This document shows, piece after piece, positions 10,566-20,608 of a stretch of DNA of 64,000 nucleotides. The translations under genes were made by a program, and so were the position numbers. Where the stretch lies: IMG/VR virus record IMGVR_UViG_3300020057_001237; one strand, given 5' to 3'. The notes beneath the pieces were generated by a model. It saw only the letters and a list, made by a program, of their open reading frames with translations. It ran no database searches and was not told the DNA's origin. Within the stretch, counting starts at the first letter, position 1. Each line of letters opens with the position of its first letter. Source of the stretch: an uncultured virus (IMG/VR IMGVR_UViG_3300020057_001237) (lineage: Duplodnaviria > Heunggongvirae > Uroviricota > Caudoviricetes).

Positions 10566-11987
10566 ATGAATTTAAAAATGATCGTTCGGGGGCGTCCACG
10601 TTTCTTAGATCCTCAACTCGACCGTGGCTACTTAAGGTTCGCTCTCCGTCGTGGTGCTAGTTTCACAGCTCTTTTGCCTGATAATAAGTTCAAGTTGTCG
10701 TTGTCTGCGTATAAAGCTTCTCAAAGAGTTGTCCTCCAAAGCCGTCCGAGCTGGTTTCAGCTCAATTGTTTAATCAGAGTTGGTTCGTCCGAAAGCGTCG
10801 GCGAACTCCATATTATCCAAGACTTGATTGCTGACTCAGAAATAGAGACGAGAGATCCTCTCCTACAAAACTATATCGTGGACGAAGATTCCGACGTTCC
10901 CAATTTCGTCACACTTCTCGGCACACCTGCGACGTTCTTCGCTGTCGCTTTGCCGCCCTTTGAACGCAAAAGTCTAATCATTGAAAGTTGGTATCGCATC
11001 TTCCCTGGAGACGCCATCTACTGTTCACCAACTCCACAAGTCTACGACTCGCTAGCAGAATTTGAAATCAAACGAGCGGACGCCATCGGCACTAGACCTG
11101 GAACAGGCGTTGAGCCGACGACCATTTACCGCTACGAAGTCGAAGTGGCAACTAAAAGTGGTTTGCTGCCTTTCGCTCCTACGGTTGATTTACCTCTTTA
11201 CCTCAAAGCTCAGCCGATCTTTGCCCGTGGTGACTTCGGCGACGGCGACATCAAGATCCCAAACAACATCGGTCCCTGTCTTCTCGACGCCTACTACGGC
11301 GACCTCCTCATCAACGAGAAAGTAGAGACGCGCCTTGGCATCAAGACGTGGGACGCCTTCGGCAATCAGCTCAACTCCGCTCTTACGGGCAATCAAGAGT
11401 GGCAGCCGATCCCGGAAAACTATCTCCTTCTAGAAAGACCTATACGCTCCGACACTTTTCTTTTCTGGCAACGGATCAAAGGAAAGTTCCAGTATCAGAA
11501 GTCAGGCTTCTTCCAAGCCGAGCTAGATGATAGTGGTGAGTTTATAATGTCATCCGATATTCTCGTACCGCACTTTCCTGTGGATAGGCAGCACGGTTGG
11601 GTAATTCCGATCATTCCTCAAGGTGCGGCTAGGGTGACGGTGCAGTTTGAACCGCAGGCTACGCAGGTTTTTGATATTCCTGGTAACCAACTCTCTTTTG
11701 TCCGTCCAAAGCTTCTTGTAGATCCCAACCGTAAAGGCGTCTTCAGGATTGTTTTTGCGATAAAGGGAGCACCCAATGCAAGGGTGGAGATCAGGGATTG
11801 GAACTACGACGGCAGCACAGTGCAGTCTGTTTCTTATTTTATGCTCGGTGCGAAAGCAGCTTTTGGAGACAATAGGTGGTTATCGGGCGGGTTCTGTGCG
11901 AAACCGCTGTTTTTCAACTTAGATGTTCTCAAAGGTCATTACTCAGACGGAAGTACGAAATATAACTCAGGTTACGTCTACGTCTAA
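10566..11987 (+). CDS. hypothetical protein, probably structural
   Basis: 473-aa ORF inside the structural cluster. No motif recognised. Confidence 0.6.
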   Translation: MNLKMIVRGRPRFLDPQLDRGYLRFALRRGASFTALLPDNKFKLSLSAYKASQRVVLQSRPSWFQLNCLIRVGSSESVGELHIIQDLIADSEIETRDPLLQNYIVDEDSDVPNFVTLLGTPATFFAVALPPFERKSLIIESWYRIFPGDAIYCSPTPQVYDSLAEFEIKRADAIGTRPGTGVEPTTIYRYEVEVATKSGLLPFAPTVDLPLYLKAQPIFARGDFGDGDIKIPNNIGPCLLDAYYGDLLINEKVETRLGIKTWDAFGNQLNSALTGNQEWQPIPENYLLLERPIRSDTFLFWQRIKGKFQYQKSGFFQAELDDSGEFIMSSDILVPHFPVDRQHGWVIPIIPQGAARVTVQFEPQATQVFDIPGNQLSFVRPKLLVDPNRKGVFRIVFAIKGAPNARVEIRDWNYDGSTVQSVSYFMLGAKAAFGDNRWLSGGFCAKPLFFNLDVLKGHYSDGSTKYNSGYVYV

Positions 11988-12035
11988 ACGGTGCTTGAAG
12001 ATTTACTTCTCAACTTGAACTAGGCTCGGGACACA

Positions 12036-15000
12036 ATGACTGAAATTCTTTTACCAACAGTAAACTTCGACAGTACACCGGGTTACAACGAGTTCCGGTT
12101 TCTGCACGATGCTTATAGCCGAGAGTTCTTTTATCGCTCACTGATCTCATGCACTCCTGGCATTGTGGACAGGTCGGGAGATCCGGCAGCGGCTCCATTT
12201 GAGACGACTCGTCCCCTCTTTGTTTCCGTCAACAGTGCGAACTCGTTGAGCTTAGACATTACGTCCGGCTACGCCATTACTCCGAACCACCGTCTGATCG
12301 TTGTCAACGAAAACCTATCCGCAGTACCGCTGCCTGACATCACGGCAGACCGTGTATATGTCGTAGGCATCGAGTACAAGCTCGTAGCAAGCTCCGAAAC
12401 TCGTCTTAACCGTTTCGGAACGCCTGCGGAAGTTCGCCTTGAGCGACCTACGGCTACACCTTACGGTGGTGAAGCTTCTACGCTTGCCAACGCTTTAGTC
12501 GTAGTCAACATCAACGACTACTTCAATGCTTCTCTTTATTCGGAAGAGCGCAAACAGAACATTGTTATCTTAGGTGTTGTGACAGCCCGCTCAGATGCGG
12601 TGACGAGTCAGCTTAGTCTCGAAGTAGATTTGACCCGCACCCTGTTCACATTCAACCGTCCTTGGTTCACGACTGAAGATACGGAGCACAGATCCCGCAT
12701 CGGCTCCGGTCTCGTTACCGACAACAACCCACATGCCACCGAGCTTCAAGACTTAAGCTCCGCAGGCTTTACCCTTTATCAACAGCTTCTTGTAAAGGGC
12801 GGCGTCTACAGCAAAGACTCGACCTATTACGGCTACCCAGGAACGTTTTGCGAAGAACTCGTAACCGTCAACCGCTACGAAGTCGATGAGACCGGCGACA
12901 TTACTGCCGAAGACGATCTCGATCTTGAGGCATTGCGTGGGCGCTACTTCGTAACCTTGGCTAAAGTCCCTGTTCGTGTTGGCTCCCTCTACAAAGTTGG
13001 AGAGCCTTGGAAGCCGATTCCTTACTACTGGAAGCCGGGCACCCGCTACCTCATCTTGGGAACTCTTGAGCAGCCGCTTGAATACGGCGTAGCTCTTACC
13101 TTTCAATATTTCTCCGTCAATGCCTTGATGCCGCCTTTCGAGTCTTTGGCTCAAGGCGTGCAAGACTTTGAAGTTGGCGAGCCTATAGACGGTCTCGACT
13201 ACATCGTCAGCGGCGGACTAGCACTGTCTGAGCTTGCACAGACCTCTCTTTCTCTTACAGCTACGTGTGGTCCAATCAAGAAAGCTTACCGTATGCTCTG
13301 CGATAGAGACGGTACCCTTATCCTCGATCCACAGCCGCTCGTCTCAATTTTGAAAGTGGTAGATCTCGTAGCGCAGACGACGGTTCAAGTAAACCAAGCT
13401 CCGCTAAACGGCTTCGCCGTTCCGCTTACTATAGGTCTTACGAGAGCAACGGAAAGCTTGACGGCTACCCCCGGCTTTGAACTGAATTTAAAAATACGCA
13501 TCGCCGGTACGGATCAAAACGATTCGACCATTACTGAAGATATTACGTTCAAAGCTTCGCAGTGGACTGAGCAAGGTTCTTCTTTGGAAGAAGAGCCTCT
13601 TATGTTCCGCCGCACGAAGCAGCGGTTCACGTCTATTACAAGTGTGCAGCGTTTAAACACCGTGTCCGACCCCGATAACGCAGGCTCCGACGCATTGCTA
13701 ACTGTTTGGGCAGAGATCCTTCAAGCGAGTGAAACGCAAGAGCTTGCCAACATCTCGTCTTTTTTCTGGGATGGGCAAGCAGCTCGCAGAGTTCGTGACC
13801 AACGTGTGATCGCTACGTCTGTGCAAAGACCCGATCAAAGGTCTTACAGGTTTCCTCAGCTTATGCCTGAGTCGGATGCTTCCTTCGTACAGGAACTCTT
13901 TTCTGTCATCTTAGATCCGCCTCTGACTGATCCCCTGAAGACGACGAAGCATCTTGCTTTAGAGTTAGACGACGACCGTTACTTCGCCGAGACGTGGAAG
14001 ACGTTCTCTTCGGTCGATACCGTAGGTCTAATCAAAGTCTTGAGCTACGCCTTAGTTACCCCAGGAACGACTTTAACACTGACGGACGGTAAAGTTCTTA
14101 CGTTCCTAAACGGAACCGTAGATCCCGACATCGGTGAAGTACAAATTCCTACGTCGTCGGTTACAGGCGATGTTGAGATCAAAAACAGCATCGTCTCAAC
14201 TGTCAACAACCCAAAGTTCGACTCGACTTGGTTCGCTGAAGCGGGCAACACCGACGTTAGCCTTAGCCGTGTGGAGTCGTCTATCGACGGCTTCTTCGAC
14301 AACAAAAGAAAAAAGATGACGTTTTCAGCACAGTTCATATTGGGAACGATTGACTTCAACGTCAACGGCACGCCGATCTCTACTGTGACTTCGACCCTAG
14401 TCCACGACAACTCCCTTGCGGCTGTCGTCGTCGCCGTGAACAACTTAGAGCCTACGACCGGTGTCAACGCCGTCGTCGTCTCAGGTGCTCCCTACAGCTT
14501 CATCGTCTTCAACGGACCTTCAAGCGGCGTAGATTTCACGGTCTCAACTCCTGTCTTTTCAGCAGCCAACAGCGCTCCGGTTACGTCTTTAACGAGTCCG
14601 TTCAGCTTTACGCAGCCTACGGGCGGTGCTCTCACCGCAGATCACCTACCTGACCGCTTTCTTTCTGAAGAGAAAGAGTGGCATTACCTTTCAAGGGCTA
14701 TTCCTTGGCTAGGCGTAGGTCTTCAAGCTTCGCTCTCATTTTCGGGAGACGTAGCGACCAACATCCAAAACTTGGACCAAGCGGAAATCGTCCCTGGAAA
14801 AATCCTCGTCGCTCGTCGTGGTGTACCTTCGCCAAGTATCGACAGATCCATCGGTGAGTTTTTAGTAACGGATAGCTCTCTTCTTCTTACGTTGGAGTCC
14901 ATCGTTGCTACGATCAACCACACAGGCTTTAACAGCGGTGTGCGTGCTGCTTTGAACGACACCAACACGGCGGTTTTAATCACCATCGGTGGCTACGCAC

Positions 15001-16775
15001 AAGCAAGCTTTACACTTCTTCTCGAAGCCATCTCAGGCACATGGGTAGTCCAAGACTACACCCCAATAGGTGGTTCGGACTCTATCGGTTTCATGAAGAC
15101 GATTTACCCGCTCGCTAAAGCGGAGTGGCGTTACCAAACCATCGACCAAACAGATCCAACCGTGAACCATGGTCCCGGCAATTGGTCGCCTTGGGAGTCG
15201 ATGGACTCGATCTCGAAGACGGCTTGGAAATTCGATGGACCATTGAGCTTTCCGCTTTACGCCATTCAGCTTCGTCTCCTTGGACCAAAAGGGAAAGCCA
15301 ACGGCTTCTCTCTTTATCAACTGAGTCCTGAAGTATCCGCAACCAACACTGGTCTAGACACACGTCTTCAAATCGTCGAAGCGGACATGCTTGGTGCTGA
15401 AGGCACGTCGGGATCTCTTGCAAACCGTCTGCTTCCAACTATCAACCTTGACGGCAGTAGGGTGCAAGACACTGAGCTTACGGCAGCAAGGGACGGGACC
15501 GTTACGCCGACGCAGACGAGTCTTAAGAATCGTCTTGATGTTTCAGAAGGTCAAACCTATTGGTTGACCGGAAGCGCCGACAACTATCTTGATCCGACAG
15601 CGCTTGGCAACATCGGAGTTCCAAACCGACTCATAAACGGTGTGAAAGACGGACAAGACAACAGTAATTTCTTTGCTCCGGGCTCGCCGTCTGCTAGTAC
15701 GCTTACGATTTCGGCATCTAGTGTTGATCCCTTAGTCTTGACTTTGAAGGGTAACTACTACCGTATCGCAAGGAACCTTGAAGTAGACTTCACGGGTCTT
15801 CCGTCTAGTCTTACTCCTTACTTTGTCTTTGCAGAAATCAAAAGCAAGGTTTCGACCTTTCTTCCGGCTGCCGTCAACACCGCAGCGGACCAATTTACTA
15901 TCACCGACCATGGTCTTGTCGCAGGCGACAACGTAACCTTCAGCTCGTCGGGAACTCTTCCGGCAGGTCTTACGGCGGGCACGACGTACTACGTCAACGT
16001 TGCCGCAAGTACGACCTTCGAGGTGTCTGCGACCTACGGCGGCTCTTCGGTCGATCTTACGACTACGGGAACGGGCACGCATACGGTGACTGTAGTCAAC
16101 CAAGAGATGGGGCGCACCGTCTACGCAGGCTTCACGACGGCAGCTATTACGTCGGGTGCCAACATCTTGCAATCGTCGCTCACGTTCTCACTAGTCAACA
16201 CGATGATCGCTGCGAAGACACCTTTAGTGCTTCACATCCCGTCGTTGGCTACAGGCACCAAAAAGTTCTTTTCGCCTATCTCAAGCTCGGTTGCTTCGAA
16301 CCAAGTGCAAATCTTTGGCGAGTTCCCGGCGAACGTTCCTCTCAATACGTACTTTGAGATCCGCTCCTACAGGGAGCCGACTTTCGCGGTGTCTACGACG
16401 AGAGCGGAAACAGCACAGCGTCTTTGCATCGGACAAGTCGTTTGGAACGGCGCAGCTATGTCGGACGCTCGTTGCTACCGTTACTTAGAGCATTACAAGA
16501 GTACGATTAAGGGTCCATACACTGCACCGCTCGTTGGTAGCATTACTCCAGTTGTGTTCGATCACAACTTAGGTAGAATACCAACTAACTACACTTTGCT
16601 TTATCATTCGGTTTCCACAGGTGATGCAACGCCTACGGTTATACAAGCCGAGTTGATTGCCAAAGTAGATAGTACAACTTTGACGGTAGTGAACCGTTAC
16701 GACAACGTACTCGCTAGAGTATTCGGAACTCCTCCAACGGCGGCAACCACTGGATATATCCAGTTGATTATCTGA
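12036..16775 (+). CDS. large virion structural (baseplate/fibre) protein
   Basis: 1579 aa. It has a coiled-coil-like SLxxRL segment, one HG-module near 15855-16095, and a C-terminal HNLG..P fibre motif. Confidence 0.65.
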   Translation: MTEILLPTVNFDSTPGYNEFRFLHDAYSREFFYRSLISCTPGIVDRSGDPAAAPFETTRPLFVSVNSANSLSLDITSGYAITPNHRLIVVNENLSAVPLPDITADRVYVVGIEYKLVASSETRLNRFGTPAEVRLERPTATPYGGEASTLANALVVVNINDYFNASLYSEERKQNIVILGVVTARSDAVTSQLSLEVDLTRTLFTFNRPWFTTEDTEHRSRIGSGLVTDNNPHATELQDLSSAGFTLYQQLLVKGGVYSKDSTYYGYPGTFCEELVTVNRYEVDETGDITAEDDLDLEALRGRYFVTLAKVPVRVGSLYKVGEPWKPIPYYWKPGTRYLILGTLEQPLEYGVALTFQYFSVNALMPPFESLAQGVQDFEVGEPIDGLDYIVSGGLALSELAQTSLSLTATCGPIKKAYRMLCDRDGTLILDPQPLVSILKVVDLVAQTTVQVNQAPLNGFAVPLTIGLTRATESLTATPGFELNLKIRIAGTDQNDSTITEDITFKASQWTEQGSSLEEEPLMFRRTKQRFTSITSVQRLNTVSDPDNAGSDALLTVWAEILQASETQELANISSFFWDGQAARRVRDQRVIATSVQRPDQRSYRFPQLMPESDASFVQELFSVILDPPLTDPLKTTKHLALELDDDRYFAETWKTFSSVDTVGLIKVLSYALVTPGTTLTLTDGKVLTFLNGTVDPDIGEVQIPTSSVTGDVEIKNSIVSTVNNPKFDSTWFAEAGNTDVSLSRVESSIDGFFDNKRKKMTFSAQFILGTIDFNVNGTPISTVTSTLVHDNSLAAVVVAVNNLEPTTGVNAVVVSGAPYSFIVFNGPSSGVDFTVSTPVFSAANSAPVTSLTSPFSFTQPTGGALTADHLPDRFLSEEKEWHYLSRAIPWLGVGLQASLSFSGDVATNIQNLDQAEIVPGKILVARRGVPSPSIDRSIGEFLVTDSSLLLTLESIVATINHTGFNSGVRAALNDTNTAVLITIGGYAQASFTLLLEAISGTWVVQDYTPIGGSDSIGFMKTIYPLAKAEWRYQTIDQTDPTVNHGPGNWSPWESMDSISKTAWKFDGPLSFPLYAIQLRLLGPKGKANGFSLYQLSPEVSATNTGLDTRLQIVEADMLGAEGTSGSLANRLLPTINLDGSRVQDTELTAARDGTVTPTQTSLKNRLDVSEGQTYWLTGSADNYLDPTALGNIGVPNRLINGVKDGQDNSNFFAPGSPSASTLTISASSVDPLVLTLKGNYYRIARNLEVDFTGLPSSLTPYFVFAEIKSKVSTFLPAAVNTAADQFTITDHGLVAGDNVTFSSSGTLPAGLTAGTTYYVNVAASTTFEVSATYGGSSVDLTTTGTGTHTVTVVNQEMGRTVYAGFTTAAITSGANILQSSLTFSLVNTMIAAKTPLVLHIPSLATGTKKFFSPISSSVASNQVQIFGEFPANVPLNTYFEIRSYREPTFAVSTTRAETAQRLCIGQVVWNGAAMSDARCYRYLEHYKSTIKGPYTAPLVGSITPVVFDHNLGRIPTNYTLLYHSVSTGDATPTVIQAELIAKVDSTTLTVVNRYDNVLARVFGTPPTAATTGYIQLII

Positions 16776-16783
16776 GGTAAAGT

Positions 16784-18268
16784 GTGGCTCAAGAACGTAA
16801 GTTAATTTTCGGTGCGCTCATTGAGACGGAAGACCTTCCCGTTGCTATCAGCAACATTATGTCTCCCGGACGCTTAATCGGTATGGTCTTCGAGGTCTCC
16901 GCCTCCGACCTCCTCAGGATCACTCCTGGCTCTTGCCTTTTGCCTGACGGCGTTATCATTCTTGAGAATGCAAGCAAGCAACTGCTTATCAGTAACAGCT
17001 CGTTTGCCGCCGACTACACTGTTGTTTATCAGCTAGAAGACACACGAGTCTTAGGTGGCTCCCCTGCAACGCTCAGGCTTTTGCCGGGCATCTTGCGTCA
17101 GGATGTCTTCACTGACTCGGTTGTTTTAGGTTGGGTGAAGTATCCGGGAGGCTCCGTGCCTCTGTCGGACAGCCACTTCGTACAGCCAAACTCTGTACGG
17201 GTAAAGGCGTCTACAGGAGCCCTTCTCAACACCTTTCTGCCTCCCTTCGCTGCTGCTATTCGTCCTGTTGAGGAGCTTCGTGGTGCTCCCACGATTAAGA
17301 CCGTAAGGCAGACGAACCTCAGCACTGCTTTTTCGACGATTCAAAGTTACGCCGGGCAAACAGCTCGCGTGACGGGTGCGTCGATCACGACCGACTCCAC
17401 GTCCATCGTCGGGCACAACACTAACTTTGACACGTTCGCCATTAAGAGATCTATCCCGATTACGGCTAGTACGACTTCGGCTTCGACTACTCTTACGAAC
17501 GTCAACCCTGTTTCAAGGGTAGCTCTTAATCAGAGCATTAGTGGTCCTGGTATTCCTGCGGGTGCGACGGTTGTCTCGATTGTTGGTACGTCGGTAACGA
17601 TGTCGGCTTTGGCGTCTTTAACTGCTACCGGCTCGACGTTGGCGTTCTTAGACACTCTTTACACTTACGACACGAGGCTTACGCAGCAGGGGGGCATTAC
17701 CTTTGCCCAACCCACACCGATGATTAAAGCCTCGCTTCCTCCTGACCGCTTCTTCTTGCAACCAACCGACGTAGTTGTGACGCAGAACACCGTCAGCAAC
17801 TCGCCTACGGCGGCTTCGGGTGAGATCAACGTCGTGGCGGAAGTTCCAGGTTCTAGCGGAAATTGGCAAGAAAGTTTCTTCCCGTTGAGCGGTGAACATA
17901 CCTATAAGTTCCTCAACATCGGTGCCCTGACTTCGACCTACAATCTTCTTTTGCCTTTCGTCATCACGGGGGAGGGACAACCTCGAAAATTGCTTTCGAG
18001 ATTGAATGTGGACTTCAACGTGATAGTGACCTTCAGTTTGGTGGTCGGCGGTACGACGGTAACGCTTGAACCAGTAAGCGGAACGGTGGCTAACACAGGG
18101 GGTTTGATTACGAGGGAGTTCACGATTCCGTTTGTAAGCGGAGTTACGTGGACGCCGGGTAAGACAGCTCAGATCAAAGTTTCTATAAATGCACAGCCGG
18201 GAGGTTCGGCTGCGTTTGCACATGTGGCTCTTTCACTAGAGAACACGCCTTATTTGATATTCATTTAA
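16784..18268 (+). CDS. virion structural protein
   Basis: GTG start after GAGG. The N-terminus (MAQERKLIFGALIETED...PGRLIG) is similar to that of 3334-8940. The ISGPGIPAGATVVSI motif is typical of fibre proteins. Confidence 0.6.
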   Translation: MAQERKLIFGALIETEDLPVAISNIMSPGRLIGMVFEVSASDLLRITPGSCLLPDGVIILENASKQLLISNSSFAADYTVVYQLEDTRVLGGSPATLRLLPGILRQDVFTDSVVLGWVKYPGGSVPLSDSHFVQPNSVRVKASTGALLNTFLPPFAAAIRPVEELRGAPTIKTVRQTNLSTAFSTIQSYAGQTARVTGASITTDSTSIVGHNTNFDTFAIKRSIPITASTTSASTTLTNVNPVSRVALNQSISGPGIPAGATVVSIVGTSVTMSALASLTATGSTLAFLDTLYTYDTRLTQQGGITFAQPTPMIKASLPPDRFFLQPTDVVVTQNTVSNSPTAASGEINVVAEVPGSSGNWQESFFPLSGEHTYKFLNIGALTSTYNLLLPFVITGEGQPRKLLSRLNVDFNVIVTFSLVVGGTTVTLEPVSGTVANTGGLITREFTIPFVSGVTWTPGKTAQIKVSINAQPGGSAAFAHVALSLENTPYLIFI

Positions 18269-18289
18269 TTAGTTAGGGCTCACACAATT

Positions 18290-18937
18290 ATGTCAGACAA
18301 AAATCCGATCCAGATGAGGGAAGAAATTCTCTCGCAATTCTCGCCTGAAGAGCAATTTTTACTTAGACCTTTAAAATCGGTCGTAGTTAATATGGAAGCT
18401 GTGGTTAAATTCCACACCAACCAACAAGAGAATCAGGTTCGTAAAAACCCGTTCGTCTCTTGGACACTTAACAAGATTGCTGTCATTGACAAAAGTTGGC
18501 TACAACAATTTAAACCACAAGATTTACCGGTCAAAGACGGTGATTTTTGGCGGATTAAGATAGAGCACGAAACATCGCCAGGTCAGCCTGTGGGTTGTTT
18601 CATTGTTCGTCCGCTTTGGAAGATCGAACCTCAAGATCTTTGTACTTTAGCACCTTCAACCTGGACAAAAGTCCAGACTGGTCTTACAGTAATTTTGTAC
18701 CCAAAGATCAGACCTTGGATGCCGTGGATTATTCCGAAAGCTCTCCGTCAGATGGTGATGAGAAAAACAGGTGGAGCCGCATTGGTGATCCCCCTTTCTT
18801 ACGCACCGGACGACAAAAGAGGGGCGGACCCCGAAGCTATGCTTCCTTCCGACAATGATGTGATGGAACAGCTTAACACCGTAGTAGATGACGATGGCGT
18901 CTTTTACTCACCAACAATCAAGTTAGAAGACATTTAA
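18290..18937 (+). CDS. hypothetical protein
   Basis: 215-aa ATG ORF, co-oriented with the cluster. Confidence 0.65.
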   Translation: MSDKNPIQMREEILSQFSPEEQFLLRPLKSVVVNMEAVVKFHTNQQENQVRKNPFVSWTLNKIAVIDKSWLQQFKPQDLPVKDGDFWRIKIEHETSPGQPVGCFIVRPLWKIEPQDLCTLAPSTWTKVQTGLTVILYPKIRPWMPWIIPKALRQMVMRKTGGAALVIPLSYAPDDKRGADPEAMLPSDNDVMEQLNTVVDDDGVFYSPTIKLEDI

Positions 18938-18951
18938 ATTAGGAGAATTTT

Positions 18952-19170
18952 ATGACAGAGCAAGCACAAGCACCTGCGGCGGACGAACAAGCACCGGCAC
19001 TTCCAGAGCTTTTGAAGAAGGGACTTGAAGCCCTCAATCACGTCACTAACCAAGGCGTCACTGTTAATAAGATGCAGATGATCGACTTACTTAATTTCGA
19101 AGTGGCTGTTCGGCAGGTGCTAACCATGCTGCAACCGGCACAAGCAAGCGGAGAGCAAAAACCCGCTTGA
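18952..19170 (+). CDS. hypothetical protein
   Basis: AGGAG RBS before the ATG. Confidence 0.65.
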   Translation: MTEQAQAPAADEQAPALPELLKKGLEALNHVTNQGVTVNKMQMIDLLNFEVAVRQVLTMLQPAQASGEQKPA

Positions 19171-19366
19171 ACCCAACTTTTACTTTAGGGGTCTAGCGTG
19201 CGTTTTTTCTCGTAGTTCTTGGGTTGTCTTTCACGTCCTGTGTGACAGCCCCCACTCCTTCCTTGACGTATCTTTGCGATCTCGGAAACGGAGAAGACCC
19301 CGTAATGTGTAATAATATGTCTTACTCTGCGTGCGGTGTTCACCTTACGCAGTGCTTGGATCTTAT

Positions 19367-20521
19367 CGAAACTCAGCGTAAAACCCCCTGCTTTAGCCGT
19401 GGGGATATAAGCTGTCATAAAACCAGAGGCTAGGTTAATCTATTTCTATGATCCTAACCTATAATTTTAGAATTAAAGATTCCTCTACCCGTAAACTTCT
19501 TAAAAAGATGGCTTCTGATACAAACTTCGTTTGGAACTTCAGCAATAATATAGTCAAAGATCAATGGAAAAAGTCCAGAAAATACACTTCTAAATACGAT
19601 TTAGCCCCTCTCGTAAAAGGAAGTTCCGAATTTCTAACTATCAACTCCCAAACAGTCCAAGCTATCGCCTACGAGTGTGTAACTAGAACTCAGAAGGCAA
19701 AAAAACTAGTTAGGTTTAGAACAGCAGGAAGAAACTTAGGTTGGATACCAATTAACGGTCAGACCTTCAAGCTCCAAGGCTCGACACTAATTTATAATAA
19801 GAAATACTTTAAACTATGGAAATCAAGGGATCTACCTGAAGATGCTAAAATAAAAACAGGGAACTTCTCCCAAAACTCTGAAGGCAAGTGGTTTTGTAAC
19901 ATAACGTTCCAAACCGAAGTATTAGAGGCTAAGAAAGCTCCTAATAAAGAAGTAGCTTTAGACTTAGGGTTAAAAACACTCTACACAACTTCAGACGGCT
20001 TAAAGTCAGAGTTGAGAGTTAATAATACTAATAAATATGCTTTAAAGCTGGCTAAAGCACAGAGAGCTAAGAAGAAGAAACAAGTAACTAAGATCCACAC
20101 CAAAATTAAAAACTCAAGAAAAGACTGGAACCACAAAGAAACCACAAAACTAGCATCGAATTACAACCTTATTTTCGTAGGGGATGTTTCTTCTAAAAGC
20201 CTTAAAAAAACTAAGATGGCGAAGTCCGTTTCGGACGCCGCTTGGTATCAGTTTAAAACTTTCCTGAAGTATAAAGCTATTAAGCACTCAGGAGAGATGC
20301 ATGAAATTAAAGAAAGATTTTCCACGGTAACTTGCTCGGTTTGCCTGTCGAAGACAGGTCCGAGCGGACTAAGAAACTGCGGAGTAAGAGAGTGGATATG
20401 CATTAATTGTAACTCTAGCCATGATAGAGATATAAATTCTGCAAAAAATATTCTCCGTTTCGGGCATGAAACGCTTAACTTAAAAGGAATCCCCCGGCTT
20501 TAGCCGTGGGGAGGATGTCAA
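19367..20521 (+). mobile_element. non-autonomous IS200/IS605-family element (tnpB only)
   Basis: Subterminal hairpins CCCCCTGCTTTAGCCGTGGGG (left) and CCCCCGGCTTTAGCCGTGGGG (right). The right end finishes GGATGTCAA. It is inserted after TTAT with no target duplication, is visibly AT-rich relative to its flanks, and has no tnpA. Confidence 0.9.
19448..20503 (+). CDS. tnpB: RNA-guided endonuclease TnpB
   Basis: N-terminal TYNFRIK..VWN, RuvC-I ALDLG, VGD with a downstream E (EIKERFST), zinc finger CSVC..CINC, and RuvC-III HDRDINSA. Confidence 0.93.
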   Translation: MILTYNFRIKDSSTRKLLKKMASDTNFVWNFSNNIVKDQWKKSRKYTSKYDLAPLVKGSSEFLTINSQTVQAIAYECVTRTQKAKKLVRFRTAGRNLGWIPINGQTFKLQGSTLIYNKKYFKLWKSRDLPEDAKIKTGNFSQNSEGKWFCNITFQTEVLEAKKAPNKEVALDLGLKTLYTTSDGLKSELRVNNTNKYALKLAKAQRAKKKKQVTKIHTKIKNSRKDWNHKETTKLASNYNLIFVGDVSSKSLKKTKMAKSVSDAAWYQFKTFLKYKAIKHSGEMHEIKERFSTVTCSVCLSKTGPSGLRNCGVREWICINCNSSHDRDINSAKNILRFGHETLNLKGIPRL

Positions 20522-20608
20522 GGTGTATCATTGCTACACCCATGTTATGTGCGGTATTGTCGCACCCGGCGATTAAAGCTACCCAAAAACTACTACAAAG
20601 GAGGAGCC

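Larger units (their letters stand above)
19198..20576 (+). pseudogene. small Cys-rich lipoprotein gene split by the IS element
   Basis: Removing 19367-20521 joins ...CGVHLTQCLDL to MVYHCYTHVMCGIVAPGD* in frame. The N-terminus FFLVVLGLSFTSC looks like a lipoprotein signal. The GTG at 19198 is one T short of frame in a T6 run. Confidence 0.6.

Noticed and set aside
19203..19208. Phase variation at the T6 run in the lipoprotein start
   Set aside because: The run is short and the gene is already disrupted by the IS. Decay or a sequencing indel is equally likely and cannot be resolved without reads.
19367..20521. IStron (group I intron-IS hybrid), since the element sits in a coding region
   Set aside because: Only about 80 nt lie between the left end and tnpB, too little for a group I core, and the element ends in TCAA rather than a terminal G.
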